The notes under the pieces are model-generated. The model was not told the origin of the DNA and ran no database searches. It saw nothing but the letters and a program-made list of their open reading frames with translations. Shown piece by piece: positions 1-13,668 of a stretch of DNA of 64,000 bases; position 1 is the first letter of the stretch; every line of letters begins with the position of its first letter. Both the position numbers and the translations under genes were made by a program. Location: NCBI GenBank assembly GCA_964016885.1, contig OZ024743.1:51460001-51524000 (forward strand), read 5' to 3'. The DNA comes from Eledone cirrhosa (Eukaryota).

Positions 1-1009
1 GATGTACTTAGCACGCAGGGAGGCGGAGAGTAGGAGGTTTGCCAATGTTCTGCGACGGGAAGATCAGAGGCGTGCGGTGTTCCACATTGCAAGGCAGTAT
101 GTCAATGCAAATCAGGATGTTGTTGGAGATAAATGTGTCCGGGATGATGCCGGTGTACTTAGTGTCACAAATGATCAGAAAAAGGAGGCCTGGAAATGTC
201 ATTATGAGAGACTGATGAATGTGGAGAACGAATGGGAGAGAGAAATTACCCTTAGTAGATCCGACAGAGAGACCAGCTATTGAGATTGACGAATATAGGG
301 TCCAAGAGGCGATTAAGGAAATGAAAAATGGTAAGGCTACTGGACCATCGGGAATAGTTGCTGGGTTGCTGAGATGCTGAAGGCATCAGGGGACGTAGGC
401 ACTAAACTGGTTGCACGCATCATCAATCAGGCTATATATGGCGGTGTCATCCCAAAGACTGGTGCAGCAGTATTCTCATAAATTGCTACAAAAGTAAAGG
501 GGATGCTCTGGAGAAGAGCAATTATAAGGGTATAAAACTGATGGATCAGGTTATGAAAGTGGCAGAAAGGATATTAGCACAACTAATTAGAGAAAGGGTC
601 AAACTAGATGAGATGCAGTTTGGTTTTGTGCCTGGGAAGAGTACAACAGATGCCCTCTTCTTGGTGAGACAATTGCAAGAGAGGTTCTTAGAGAAAAATA
701 AGCCACTATACTTAGCCTTTGTTGACCTAGAGAAGGCCTTTGATAGGGTACCCCGATCTGTCATCTGGTGGTCCCTAAGGAAGCTAGGTGTTGAGGAATG
801 GCTTGTGAGGACAGTACAAACTTTGTACAGAGGTACTCTCAGTAAAGTCAGGGTAGGAATGGAGTTTAGTGAGGAATTCCAGATACAAGTAGGAGTACAT
901 CAAGGTTCGGTCCTCAGCTCGCTCTTGTTCATTATAGTCCTCCAAGCCATAACAGAGGAGTTTAAGACTGGCTGTCCATGGGAACTTCTCTATGCTGACG
1001 ATCTGGTTC
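1..1009 (+). mobile_element. RTE-clade LINE family A, 5' part of an interrupted, frameshifted copy (RT domain up to YADD)
   Basis: Translations include QFGFVPGKSTTDA, LAFVDLEKAFDRV, GVHQGSVLS and LLYADDLV, the non-LTR RT motifs. Near-identical to 53785-54760 and the reverse complement of 23520-24219. Begins before the window start. Confidence 0.95.
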
Positions 1010-4000
1010 ATCATCATCATCACCGTTTTACGTCTGTTCTTCCACGCTAGCATGGGTTGGACGGGTTATCCTGTTGTGGGCAGTGTCTAGTTGGCTCATA
1101 CAGGAACTGATTTGGCTTGATTTCTACAGCTGAATGCCCTTCCTAACACCAACCTCATTTACAGTGAGTGCTGGGTGCTTTTTTGTGGCGCCTACACGTC
1201 CACTTTACAGTGTGGGCTGGGTGCTTTTTTGCCGTGGCACCTCCACGACCACCTTGCGGTGGGGGCATATTGTCTATATGCTTAAGCTTGTACCCATGGA
1301 AGGTCGGGTACTCTGTATTACTGCATGACGCCAGAAGTCACGGTCGTGTGTCATTGCCTTTGAGAGGTGTAATTGGGTAAGGTCGGCTTTTATCACCTCA
1401 TCCCAGGTCATCTTGGGTCTCCCCACTCCGCGGCTTCCATCAACTTCTAGTGCTCTGTATCTTTTTATGCAGCTGTCATCCTTCATACGCATCACATGTC
1501 CATACCAGCGCAACCGCCTCTCCTGCACACAGCATTTGATTCCTCTTATGCCCAGTCTCTCTCTCAATTCATTTATGCTTTGTCGTTCACGTATATTACT
1601 GTTACACATCCATCGGAGCATGAAGGCTTCGTTTCTCTCTAATCTACGTAAGTCTTCCACCGTCAGCGCCCAGGTTTCACTACCATGCAACATTGCTGTT
1701 CGGATACACGCATCATACAGTCTGCCTTTCATTCTGAGGGAGAAGCCTTTTGCAGCTAGCAGTGGTAGTAGTTCCCTAAACTTCTTCCATCCCGTTCTTA
1801 CCCTAGTTATTGTACTTTCTGAACACCCACCTCCGCTGCTAATTCGGTCACCTAGGTAGCAGAAGCTGTCTACTGTTTCCACAGAGCCCTCCCAGAGATT
1901 GGTGGTACTTGTTTCTCGTGGCTGTTTGCTGCTTGCTGTCTCAGCACAGCTGCTGCATGTGAAGCCTACATTCTTAATTAAGCTTCCTGAGATCCTGCTA
2001 CATCTCTTGTGTACCCATTGTTTGCATTTGGGGCAGAGAGTGGAGTTCCTACCTACACCTTTCCTACATACTGAGCAAGGCCATTTCCCTGAGGGGATCT
2101 GGGTTCTGTTTTCTCGTCTACTTACAAGGACCTTAGTCTTTGTCATGTTGACTTTGAGACCCTTTCTTTCTAGTCTCTGCTTCCAAGTTTGGAATTTATT
2201 CTCTAGTTCTACCATAGATTCAGCTATGAGTGCGAGGTCATCAGCATACAGGAGTTCCCATGGGCATCCAGTCTTAAACTCCTCCGTTATTGCCTGCAGG
2301 ACTATGATGAACAGGAGGGGGCTAAGAACAGAGCCCTGGTGGACACCAACCTGTACGCTAAATTCCTCGCTATACTAATTGCTAATCCTAACTTTGCTGA
2401 CTGCTCCCCTATACATGGCTTGTACCGCTTTCACAAGCCATTCATCTACTCCTAGTTTTCTAAGAGCCCACCAGATTACAGGACGTGGAACTCTGTCAAA
2501 GGCTTTCTCAAGGTCGACAAATGCCAAGTAGAGTGGCTTACTTTTAGCTAGGTACTTTTCCTGTAATTGCCTCACAAGGAAGAGGGCATCAGTGGTACCT
2601 CTTTCTGGTACAAACCCAAATTGCATCTCGTCTATTTCCACCCGGTCCCTAATCAACTGTGCTATAACTCTTTCTGTTACTTTCATGACCTGGTCCATCA
2701 ACTTTATACCTCTAGAGTTTCCTCTATCTAGTGCATCGCCTTTACCTTTGTAGCAGTTGACAATGATGCTACTGCACCAATCTTTTGGTATGACACCTTC
2801 TAGTATTACCTGGTTAACAATACGTGTGGTTATTGTGTGACCTACAGACCCAGATGCCTTCAGCATCTCGGCAGCTATACCCGATGGACCGGTTGCCTTC
2901 CCCATCTTCATATCTTTGATTGCTTTACTTACTACGTTGCTGCTGACTTGTACTGCTGGCCCCTCTATAGGGTCTACTTGGGGTAGGGTCTCTTCTTCCC
3001 ATAAATTCTCCTCATTTAGTAATCTATCATAATGACTCTTCCATGCATCTTTCTTCTCAGCACTTGTGAGGGCAAGCTCACCTTTATCATTCCGGATACA
3101 CTTCTCTCCAATGACATCACAACTATCTCTGACACACTGCCTCGCAATCTTGAATACCTCCTGTTTCTGGTCCTCACGTTGCAAAACATGCTTGAATTTT
3201 CTATCCTCTGCTTCCCTCCTAGCTAAGTATACTTATCGCCTAGCTTCCCTCTTGGTCTCTATGTAATGTACCCTGCTCCCCCCGTTCTTCCATTCTTTCC
3301 ATGCCTGTCTCTTGGCCTTAACTGCTTCATCTACCTTATTGTTCCACCACCAAGTCACTCTCCTCCTGCTTGAGGACTTACTCCAGCCACAGACCTCATC
3401 CGTCGCCTCTAGTAAATTATTTTTTAGGAACTCCCAGTTCTCTTCTACATTAAATGTCTCTCTGTTCTTCTTTACTGTCGTAGGCGTTGAGTAAAATATC
3501 TTTAAATCTGTTACTGGTTGAGGGGACTTTCAGCTTCCAGATCTTTCTTCTCCAGGTTGGCCTCTGTTTCCAGGTTCGTCTAGTTCTGACCGTGAGGTCG
3601 CTGACAACTAAGCTATGTTGGGATGTACATTCCTCACTAGGGAAGGCTTTTGTGTTTACGACCGTCCATCTGTCACATCCTCTGATGAGGATAAAATCTA
3701 TCTGACTGGAGTGCTCCCCTGATCTATAGGTGATCAGGTGGTTGTCGGGTTTTTTAAAGTTTGTGTTACATATCGACATGTCATTGGCGTCGCAGAATTC
3801 TAGAAGTCTGAATCCTTCCTCATTTCTTGTGCCAACCCCATGGCCTCCATGTGCTCTATTGAAGCCGTCGCAGTGTTTACCTACGTGTCCGTTAAAATCT
3901 CCTGCGATGATTAGGAAATCATTGTCGTCTGTTAGAGCAGTAGTGTGCATTAGGGACTCGTAAAACCTATCCTTAAGTTCGTCTGGCAGCCCCGATTGGG

Positions 4001-4047
4001 GTGCGTAAGCTGATATTATTGTGGTAATTGTTTTATTCAGGACTAGT
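1010..4047 (-). mobile_element. RTE-clade LINE family B, 5'-truncated, nested inside the family A copy (APE endonuclease + RT, with stops)
   Basis: (TCA)n tail at ~1008-1022 and 3' UTR ~1023-1270. Minus-strand ORFs 1274-2215 and 2375-3184 (RT), YADD near 2237-2248, and APE motifs SAYAPQ, IIAGDFNGHVG, SQIDFIL and SQHSLVV at ~3600-4045. Confidence 0.95.
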
Positions 4048-5032
4048 CTTATAGCAGAATCAGTAGAGGAGCTAGAGAATAAATTCTGGCTATGGAAACA
4101 GCAGTTGGAAGCAAGAGGACTGAGAGTGAACCTAGCTAAGACAAAAGTGTTGATGAGTAGAAACGAGGACAAAACTCTGATTCCGTCAGGGAAATGGCCA
4201 TGTTCGATATGCAGAAAAGGAACTTGCATAAATTCTATAAAATGCACACAATGCAGATCCTGGGTACACAAGAGATGTAGCGGGATAGCAGGCAAACTAA
4301 CAGGTAGGGAGAAATATGTATGCAGTAGATGTACAGGGAAATTAGACAGTAGAAGTCGCATTGATAGACAGATTTTTCAAATGCAGGTGGGTGCTATAGA
4401 AGTGGTGGATAGCTTCCGGTACCTAGGTGATCAGATTAGCATGGGAGGATGGGGGGGGGGGTGTTCCGAGGCCATAGTATCTAGAATAAGGATGGGTTGG
4501 AAGAAGTTTAGGGAGCTGCTTCCTCTGCTGACGAAGAAGGGTTTCTCCCTGCATACGAAAGGCCGGTTGTATGATGCCTGTGTGAGGAGCGCGATGCTGC
4601 ATGGTAGTGAGACATGGGCAGCAACTGCCGAGGATATGCGACGGCTGGAGAGAAATGAGGCAAGCATGCTCCGTTGGATGTGCAGTGTAAATGTGCGTGA
4701 ACGACCCAGCATAAATGTGTTGAAAGAGAAACTGTTTCTGAGAGGGATAGAATGTAGTGTGTGAGAGAGGAGACTGCGGTGGTATGGACATGTGATGCGC
4801 ATGGAGGATGACCGATGGGTGAAGAAGTGCCAGGAAATGCCAGTTGAAGGAAGACGTGGTAGAGGTAGACCACAAAAAACATGGGCGGCGGTGGTGAGAA
4901 CAGACCTCAGATCATTGAAGCTCACGGTAGAGATGACGAAGGACCATGACGAGTGGAGAGATGCTGTGCTGAATAAGACCCGTCCCACCCTTGCAAGCAG
5001 GGAAAAGCGGACGTAAAATGATGATGATGATG

Positions 5033-5033
<1 letters not shown>
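4048..5033 (+). mobile_element. RTE family A, 3' part resuming after the nested insertion, ending in a (TGA)n tail
   Basis: Continues LIAESVEELE..., has the C-x2-C region (WPCSICRK...CTQC...HKRC), FRYLG and MLHGSETW. Ends cccgtcccacccttgcaagcagggaaaagcggacgtaaaa(tga)n followed by (TA)n. One internal TGA at 4762. Confidence 0.95.
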
Positions 5034-5100
<67 letters not shown>

Positions 5101-5117
5101 CTCAATCATTCATTACA

Positions 5118-6214
5118 TCTCTCTGACCTCAACATTTCTCTCTCTGACCTACCCATTGATATCTCTGACCTACCCATTGATATCTCTGACCTCAACATTT
5201 CTCTCTCTGACCTACTCATTGATCTCTCTGACCTACCCATTGATATCTCTGACCTACCCATTTCTCTCTCTGACCTACCCATTTCTCTCTCTGACCTACC
5301 CATTGATCTCTCTGACCTACCCATTGATATCTCTGACCTACCCATTGATCTCTCTGACCTACCCATTGATATCTCTGACCTACCCATTTATCTCTCTGAC
5401 CTACCCATTGATCTCTCTGACCTACCCATTGATATCTCTGACCTACCCATTTCTCTCTCTGACCTACCCATTGATATCTCTGACCTACCCATTGATATCT
5501 CTGACCTACCCATTTCTCTCTCTGACCTACCCATTTCTCTCTCTGACCTACCCATTTCTCTCTCTGACCTACCCATTGATATCTCTGACCTACCCATTGA
5601 TCTCTCTGACCTACCCATTGATCTCTCTGACCTACCCATTGATCTCTCTGACCTACCCATTGATATCTCTGACCTACCCATTGATATCTCTGACCTACCC
5701 ATTTCTCTCTCTGACCTACCCATTGATATCTCTGACCTACCCATTGATCTCTCTGACCTACCCATTTCTCTCTCTGACCTACCCATTGATATCTCTGACC
5801 TACCCATTGATATCTCTGACCTACCCATTTCTCTCTCTGACCTACCCATTTCTCTCTCTGACCTACCCATTGATATCTCTGACCTACCCATTGATATCTC
5901 TGACCTACCCATTGATCTCTCTGACCTACCCATTGATATCTCTGACCTACCCATTTCTCTCTCTGACCTACCCATTGATATCTCTGACCTACCCATTGAT
6001 ATCTCTGACCTACCCATTGATCTCTCTGACCTACCCATTGATCTCTCTGACCTACCCATTGATATCTCTGACCTACCCATTGATATCTCTGACCTACCCA
6101 TTGATATCTCTGACCTACCCATTGATATCTCTGACCTACCCATTGATATCTCTGACCTACCCATTGATATCTCTGACCTACCCATTGATATCTCTGACCT
6201 ACCCATTGATATCT
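5118..6214. repeat. 21-bp minisatellite (tctctgacctacccattgata and two variants), about 50 units
   Basis: Direct reading; 7-aa periodicity (SLTYPLI/F) in ORF 4991-6259. Confidence 0.95.
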
Positions 6215-6339
6215 ATGCCATTTATGACGGAAATAATCAAGAAATTATTACTGAACTAATATAATGGGTGTGTTTATTAATTGGCAGAAAACCCAATAAA
6301 TGGCTACTGAACTGTAACATATAGAGCTGGCAACAAAGG

Positions 6340-6880
6340 ATGTCTCTGGTTGAGGTTTTGTTATGTTGTTGTTGCAGCTCACACCTATGTAGGTTTATCT
6401 GGCCACATATGAGGTTGCATCTCATAGGCAGTTCCTCGGGTGTTTTAATGATAGACCTCAGTCCTATCATGTTGTACAGCTCACACCTATGTAGGTTTAG
6501 CTGCCTCCAACGATGTTGTATGTCATAGGTTTCTTGGGGTTTTAGTGATAAGGGCCCTAGTCCTATCATGTTGTTACAGCCCACACCTATGCATATTTAG
6601 CTGACCTCCTACAAATTTGCATCTCATAGGAGGTTTCTCGTGTTTTAATGACCAGTATCCCAGTCCTATCATGAAAAGTCTCTACTGTGGACCAGACACA
6701 GTCCATTGTAGGGATTAACCCCCAACTGTTGTTGCTACTCATTTTTCTCAGCTGAGTTTACTGGAGCAACATGAAATGAAGTGTCTTGTTCCATGTCACA
6801 ACATGCTACCTGATCCAAGAATCAACCCCATAACCTTTTGTGAATCCAACACCCTACACACTAGGCCATATCTTTTCACT
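6340..6880 (-). mobile_element. tRNA-derived SINE (6715-6880) preceded by about three tandem copies of the SINE 3' segment
   Basis: Reverse complement of the SINE seen at 14230-14427 and 41455-41645. Repeated gcagctcacacctatg...cagtcctatcat units at 6340-6670. Confidence 0.65.
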
Positions 6881-7019
6881 ATGGGATATGTGTATGAAAT
6901 ATGATAGTATATGGCAGTTTGGTATCAAAATGATCAAATATACGAGATACATTGAAACCTACTAATTGATACAAAGGAAGTAAGACAGGATTTTTTAAAA
7001 GTCTCTCTCTTGGGAATGG

Positions 7020-7165
7020 AAGGTGGTGAATTGTTAGTCATTAAGGTGTTAAATGCTACTGTATTTGATCTGACTCACTGTGCTCTGAGTTCAACTCTTG
7101 CTCAGATCAACTTTGCCTTTCATTTTTTGAGGTCAATAAATAAATTACCAGTCCAGTATTGTGGT
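7020..7165 (+). mobile_element. Degenerate tRNA-SINE (ctgagttcaa...ctttgcctttcat type)
   Basis: Homologous to 34272-34465. Confidence 0.55.
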
Positions 7166-7629
7166 TAATCCTCTCACTCCTTCTCTGGAAGAAATCAGTT
7201 GTGTTCAGACCTGGAGATGGTCCCTACCAAATTGAAATACCCAAGACCATGTGTCAGGACTGTACCCCTATAACCCACGAGTGAAAGGCCCTTTCCTTTT
7301 TTTTTCTTGGGAATGAAGACCTACCTAGCTGACTACATACCTATCTGTCTATTTGTCTGTATAAACACCTGTCTGTCTACCAAATTTCTCCACCCATATA
7401 TTTAACTACCAATGAGAAAAGTACATTTTCTGTATTCATCTAGTTGAAGGTAGCAGCCAAATGTCTTGTCTTTTCTATGGGAACCACATCTTCTCTAGCA
7501 GAGATTTCCAAACTTTTCACATTTGTGAATCACTGTTTAAAAATATCATGAATTAAGTTTTGTTGGTGACATGAAACTAACAAAATTATTAAAGTGGTGT
7601 TATGAGAAAATGCCTAATCAATAATTAAT

Positions 7630-8100
7630 AAACTGGTGCCATGAAAAAATCCTCCCAGTTCACTCTTTAAAGTGGTAGTGCTGGGGTTCCAATAAAATAC
7701 ACTCAGTACACTCTGATAAATGGTAGTGCAGGTGCCACAATAAAATGTACTCAGTACATTCTGTAAATTGGTAGGACTGGTGCCACAGTAAAATACACCC
7801 AGTATTCTTAGTAAAGTGGTAGTGCTGATGCCACAATAAAATGTATCTTGTATACTCTGTAAAATGGTAGTGCAGATGTCACAATAAAATACACCCAGTA
7901 ATTTCAATAAAGTAGTAGTACTGGTGCCACTGTAAAATAGACACACTACATTTTGTGAGTTGCTGGTATTAGGAAGAGCATCTATCCATAGAGACAATGC
8001 CAAAATAGAATGTTTGAGCAAGAGATAGTTCTCTGAACCATTTAGTCTTGGTTGGTGATGACTCATCCAACTTATGCCAGCATGGAAAATAATGATAATG
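7630..8100 (+). mobile_element. Old family B 3' UTR with about seven degenerate 45-bp units and a tail
   Basis: gtgccacaataaaatacacccagta...gtaaagtggtagt units, then ggtattaggaagagcatc and catccaacttatgccagcatggaaa. Confidence 0.7.
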
Positions 8101-8209
8101 GGACTGATCATGTATCACCAGCCACGTGTCTAATTATACTCACAGTTGACAGATCTCAAATATATATGTTACATCTAAATATTGGCAAACTGATGAGATT
8201 TGACTTAAT

Positions 8210-8360
8210 TTCGTGACACTCATACACATAACTAGTGACACACTAAACTTTTGTGACACTCATAGACATAACTGGTGACAATCATAGAGATAACTGGTGA
8301 CACACTAAACTTTTGTGACACTCATAGACATAACTGGGGACACACTAAACTTTCGTGACA
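8210..8360. repeat. Short degenerate tandem repeat (gtgacactcatagacataactg)
   Basis: Direct reading. Confidence 0.7.
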
Positions 8361-8859
8361 GAGATTATTGGTAACACTAAAGTGTTGTGACAAACCTAGA
8401 GATTATTGGGGAGATACTATGACAAACCTAGACAAATGGTTGCTGTTTAGCCCTGAGTCATCTTTGATTGATCAGAGGCATTCCAAGCATGACCATCCTG
8501 TATTTTAGAAGAAAAGCTAGGACTAGATTATCAATGATCTAATTTGAAGGTGGTAGTGTGATTTGGCTGCTATTTCTAGCAAGTCAAGCAACTGTGTTAT
8601 AAAGACATCTATGGTTATATATATAATAGTATCGGCATGTTGTTTTAGTAGGCTGGTTGCTTGACTGGTTGGTTACCTAGCAACAGGATTTAAAAAAAAA
8701 TCAACAGCTGTTTAATATGGTTGGCTGCCTGGCTTTGTGCCAGGAGTGTGGGTGGTAGGGGCGATGTTGGGGTGCACCACCTTGTAGTTTTTAGTTTAAA
8801 TATATTTGATGTGTATTGTGTTTAGTGGTGCAGTCTCAAGGAATGCCCCATACCCTTTG

Positions 8860-9250
8860 AGGTAACACAATCTCTAGCTGTGATGGTGGGGGTGGGGGAA
8901 CTGCCCCAGGGTGACAGTCTCTGCTGTGGTGGCAGTAGTAGTGGTGGTGGTGGGGGACACATCAAACTCTGCCCCTGGGTGACACAGTCTCCAGCTGTGG
9001 TGGTGGTGGGACATCAAAAACTGCCCCTGGGTGACACAGTCTCCAGCTGTGGTGGTGGTAGTGGGGCAACATCAAAAACTGCCCCTGGGTGACACAGTCT
9101 CCAGCTGTGGTGGTGGTGGGGCAACATCAAAAACTGCCCCAGGGTGACACAGTCCCCAGCTGTGGTGGTGGTGGGACAACATCAAAAACTGCCCCAGGGT
9201 GACATAGTATATAGCTGTAGTGGTGGAGTAACCTGAAGAACTGCCCCAGA
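8860..9250. repeat. G-rich ~54-bp minisatellite (aaactgcccctgggtgacacagtctccagctgtggtggtgg...)
   Basis: About six units read directly. Confidence 0.85.
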
Positions 9251-9336
9251 GTGGCAGAACTTTGATAAATGAGTGGTTCAGATATTTACAGGTAGGAATA
9301 TGGGGTGGGATTGTTAATATCTTTTTCAGGGACTGT

Positions 9337-10052
9337 GTAATAGTAATATACGCGAACGGCAAAGAATAAGTGAACTCAGTGAGAAATTAGGAATAAGAGG
9401 TATCAGATGCTGTTTACTCGAGAGAAGACTACGTTGGTATGGTCACGTGATGTGCATGAAAGATGACAGCTGTATAAAAAAGTGCAGGGCGATAAAAATT
9501 GATGGAAGTTACTGAGTAGGTAGACCCAGAAAAACCTGGGATGATTTGATAAATTCCGACCTTACACACTTACACCTCTCTAAGACAATGTCACTGGACC
9601 GAGATCTTTGGCACCATGCAGTAATACAGAAGACCCGCCTTGCCTATGTACAAAGCGAAACCTAGTCAGTAGGCACCTCTTAACCAAATATACACCCATT
9701 CCCACTACCCCTACTCCACCCTCCCACTCCCAGTAATTATTATTATTTCTCTGTAAAGTTATGTTAGTACCACAACATCCAGTCCAAACTAATGAGGTTG
9801 TGTAGGTGTCACGACAAAAAAAACACACAGTCCACGCTGTAATGTGGCCGTGTAGGTAACACGGTAAAAACCTCCCAGTCCACACTGTAAATGTGGTTGG
9901 TGTTAGGAAGAGCATCCAGCCGTAGAAAACCTGCCAGACAGTCCTATACGAACAAGACACAGTCACCCAACCAATTTTGCCTCAAGTGGGACAATTCCCG
10001 TTTAAACCCATGCTAGCGTGGAAGATAGACGTTAAACGATGATGATGATGAT
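9337..10052 (+). mobile_element. RTE family B, 5'-truncated (ORF end, 3' UTR and tail)
   Basis: Encodes RLRWYGHV; contains ggtgttaggaagagcatccagc and ends cccatgctagcgtggaagatagacgttaaacgatgatg. Confidence 0.9.
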
Positions 10053-10480
10053 TACTGACATATAGGAAACTCTTCAGTTCACATCTTAGCTGGTCTTATA
10101 CACAGCTGTTTTTAATGATAGGGGGGACAGTCCTATCATGAAAAACAATGTGAAATGAAGTATCTTATTGAAGAACACAATACACCACCTGATCCAAGAA
10201 TTGAACCCATGATCTATTATAGCACCAGGTTGAGTTGATCTTGTAATACAAACATTGCTTTTTTGATTTGATCTGATGATCAACCCTTTTTTTTTTCTAA
10301 CCTTTTGTAACCGTATTTCTACTGAAATACTTTCCATTTCAATTAATTAATGAATAATTTTGAGGGATTTATTAAAATTACAAATTATTTCATTATTAAG
10401 CATATTTATATCTTGAAGATGCTTCATCTTTGGTGAATATAGCTTTGGCCAGCGAGAGTTGATGTTATCAGATGGTGTCT

Positions 10481-11022
10481 AATAATAATAATAAAATTAT
10501 TGTGTACAGTGCTCAGGTGCACTACAACTCATCAAAGGTGCATGTATAGTACATAGAATAATATACAAATGTCAGAGAAGTGAATAGAGTCATGATATAC
10601 ATGTGTGCATGTGTATGGAGAGGGAATATTAGGTGTAGTGTTGGCGAATCTCAGGAAGCATGGAAGTTTTAAAGGATGCAGTGTCTCGACAGCTAACAAC
10701 TGATGCAGGGAGTTTGTTCCATGGAGGTTTTAAAGGATGCAGTGTCTCGACAGCTAACAACTGATGCAGGTAGTTTGTTCCATGCATCAGCAACTTTGAG
10801 CGTGAAAAAATGTTTCCGAAAGTCATGGGAGCTGTGCTGTTTTCTGACTTTGTTGGCATGCCCATGTGTGTTAGACACATGGAAATCAAAAAGGTACTCA
10901 GAGTTGTTGTTGGCAAGATGGTTAATAATCTTGTGGGTGTTTACCAAGTCGGAGCTGCAATGTATCCATGCCCAGGGAAGCAAGGCGTTCAGAGTATGGT
11001 AGATGATCTGGAACCATAACAC
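10481..11022 (-). mobile_element. CR1/L2-type LINE 3' fragment with (ATT)n tail and an internal ~61-bp duplication
   Basis: Peptide NTHGHANKVRKQHSSHDFRKHFFTLKVADAWNKLPASVV...SFK matches the CR1/L2 C-terminal pattern (RGH..K....R..FF..RV...WN.LP..VV...FK). Confidence 0.8.
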
Positions 11023-11635
11023 CCTCTCAGTGGTTCTTATATAAAATTGGAATATCTTGATTTATATAGGAACCCTTTAAAATGTATGGTTTTCTTTCAT
11101 AGAATCATGGTCAGTTATGACCAGGTTTGGTATCAAAGGGGTTAAACATTTTAGAATAATGAGACTTAAATGTTTACAGGAAGGAGGAGGGAGATTGTAT
11201 GTTAATGTGTTACTGATCTATTGGGATGGAAACTGGGTCATCAATAATTAAGATGATTGTAAATTAACTAAATTGAGATGTTTTAAGATTTCATTTCAAG
11301 ATTAATTTTACATGGATTATTTATTATTGCATGATCCAATATCATGCTCACACACATACACATGATTACACAAACATACTCACATGCAAACACACACACA
11401 CACACTGTCATGAAATACACACACACTGAAGCATATAAAATCTCAACTATTCCTGTGTAAGAGTGAGTATTTTATATACACAGGAGTATATATATATATA
11501 TGGGAAAATGTTCAAGACCCCGACGGCAGAGCTCAAGCCGTTTCGGCAGAGCTATTTCTGGACTGGTTATGGTCCACCTGGTTCCTTACCACACTTCCTT
11601 CGCAGGGAAAAGCGGGCGTAAAATGATGATGATGA

Positions 11636-11778
<143 letters not shown>

Positions 11779-11849
11779 AATTTATTGTGGAATGGAATTA
11801 CATAAATATACCCCATTTCTAGATCTCATACTTTGAACAGAGGGTTATC

Positions 11850-12594
11850 ACAATCATCATCACCTCACCATCATCCTCATCACATTGATTGCCACCGCCA
11901 TCATCACTATCATCTTACCATCACCACTGCACCATCATCATAACCATCACCTCACCATCACATTACCACCACTATTATCAATCACTGTCATGATGATAAT
12001 GATAATCATGATCATCATCATCACCACCAGCAGCAACATACACCATCACCACCAGCAGCACCATACACCATCACCACCAGCAGCAACATACACCATCACC
12101 ACCAGCAGCAACATACACCATCACCACCAGCAGCAACATACACCATCACCACCAGCAGCAACATACACCATCACCACCAGCAGCAACATACACCATCACC
12201 ACCAGCAGCAACATGCACCATCACCACCAGCAGCAACATACATCACCACCACCACTATCACCAGCAGCAACATTCATCACCACCACCACCAGCAACATTC
12301 ATCACCACCACCACCAGCAACATTCATCACCACCACCACCAGCAACATACATCACCACCACCACCAGCAACATACATCACCACCACCACTATCACCAGCA
12401 GCAACATACATCACCACCACCACCACCATCACCGGCTTCATACACCACCACCACCACCACCAGCAGCAACATACATCACCACCACCACCACTATCACCAC
12501 CACCACCACTATCACCAGCAGCAACATACATCACCACCACCAGCAACATACATCATCACCACCGGCTTCATACACCACCACCAGCAACATAGAT

Positions 12595-12625
<31 letters not shown>

Positions 12626-12830
12626 ACCACAAGCAACATACATCACCACCACCACTGGCTTCATACATCATCACCACCAGCAGCAACATGCATCACTACC
12701 ACCATCATCATCGTCCACATTATCACCATTCCCACCACCATTAACATCGCCATTATCATCGCCACCACCATAATCATCTCTACAAACACTATCATCACTA
12801 CTACCATCACCATTATTGTCACCACCTAAT
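11850..12830. repeat. CAC/CAT/CAG-rich low-complexity tract with 25-bp units (caccagcagcaacatacaccatcac)
   Basis: Direct reading. Confidence 0.9.
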
Positions 12831-13000
12831 GTTAGAGGAGAGAGGTAGAGAGACAGCAAAAGAGAGAAGCTTCACTTGTATCTTGCTAAACTGATTTTCA
12901 ATTCTGAAGTTAAGGAAACCTTTCATTACTTGTGTGTGGTGGGAAATCTATGGGGTGGATAGGAGGGTAGATGAAATGGTGCAGATGTTTTGAGACCAAA

Positions 13001-13350
13001 TTAACTCTTTCATTATCTTATTTCTAATGAAAGATACAGCCTATGTCATTAACTCTTTCATTATATTATTTCTAATGAAAGATACAGCCTATGTCATTAA
13101 CCCTTTCATTACCTTATTTCTAATGAAAGATACTGCCTATGATTTTCAAATTATTTTGAAAATATAGAATGTGGAGAGATTTAGTAATGTCAAACATTCT
13201 CATTGTTAAGCTGGTTTATCTGGAACATAACTTTAGAAAGGTTCTTACATTATATTATGATGGAAGGTTTTTAGATAAATATAAACATTTTAAAACAAAC
13301 AGTTTTGTATGATAGAGCCTAGGGCAGCTTTAGGTGGTCAAAAGGGTTTG
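13001..13350 (+). mobile_element. piggyBac-type MITE (family 2) with its 48-bp left end triplicated
   Basis: ttaa-ccctttcattac... three times; ends ggtcaaaagggttt. Relatives at ~31767-32045, 44295-44533 and 63370-63502. Confidence 0.6.
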
Positions 13351-13499
13351 CAGTATTTTGTTTTGAAGTCTATACAGGGTTTTATGTTCAAATCCTGCTT
13401 TTTCCCTTTGTCTTTTCATTTTGGGAACAGATCCACCCAGATATATGCACACACATACACAGATGTGTGTGCGCACACACATACACACACACACACACA

Positions 13500-13668
13500 C
13501 CTACAACAGGCTTCTGCACAGTTTCTGTCTACCAAATTTCACTCACAAGGCATTAGTGAACCCATGGCTAAAATAGAAGACACTTGCCCAAGGTGCCATG
13601 CGGTGGGTTTGAACCTGAGAATTCATGATTGTGAAGTAAATTTCTTAATCACTTAGCCATGCTTGCAT
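13500..13668 (-). mobile_element. tRNA-derived SINE (third family)
   Basis: Reverse strand has A-box-like tggctaagtgatta, B-box ggttcaaaccc, then ccttgggcaagtgtcttct; adjoins a (CA)n tract. Confidence 0.7.

Noticed and set aside
3450-4361. 303-aa ORF as a novel fusion protein
   Set aside because: Its N-terminal third is antisense of the host LINE, in frame with the inserted LINE's APE domain by junction chance.
4991-6259. 422-aa and 272-aa repetitive ORFs (similar cases at 11885-12773, 20637-21209, 28305-29727, 42427-43449, 45260-47014)
   Set aside because: Translations of minisatellites or low-complexity DNA.
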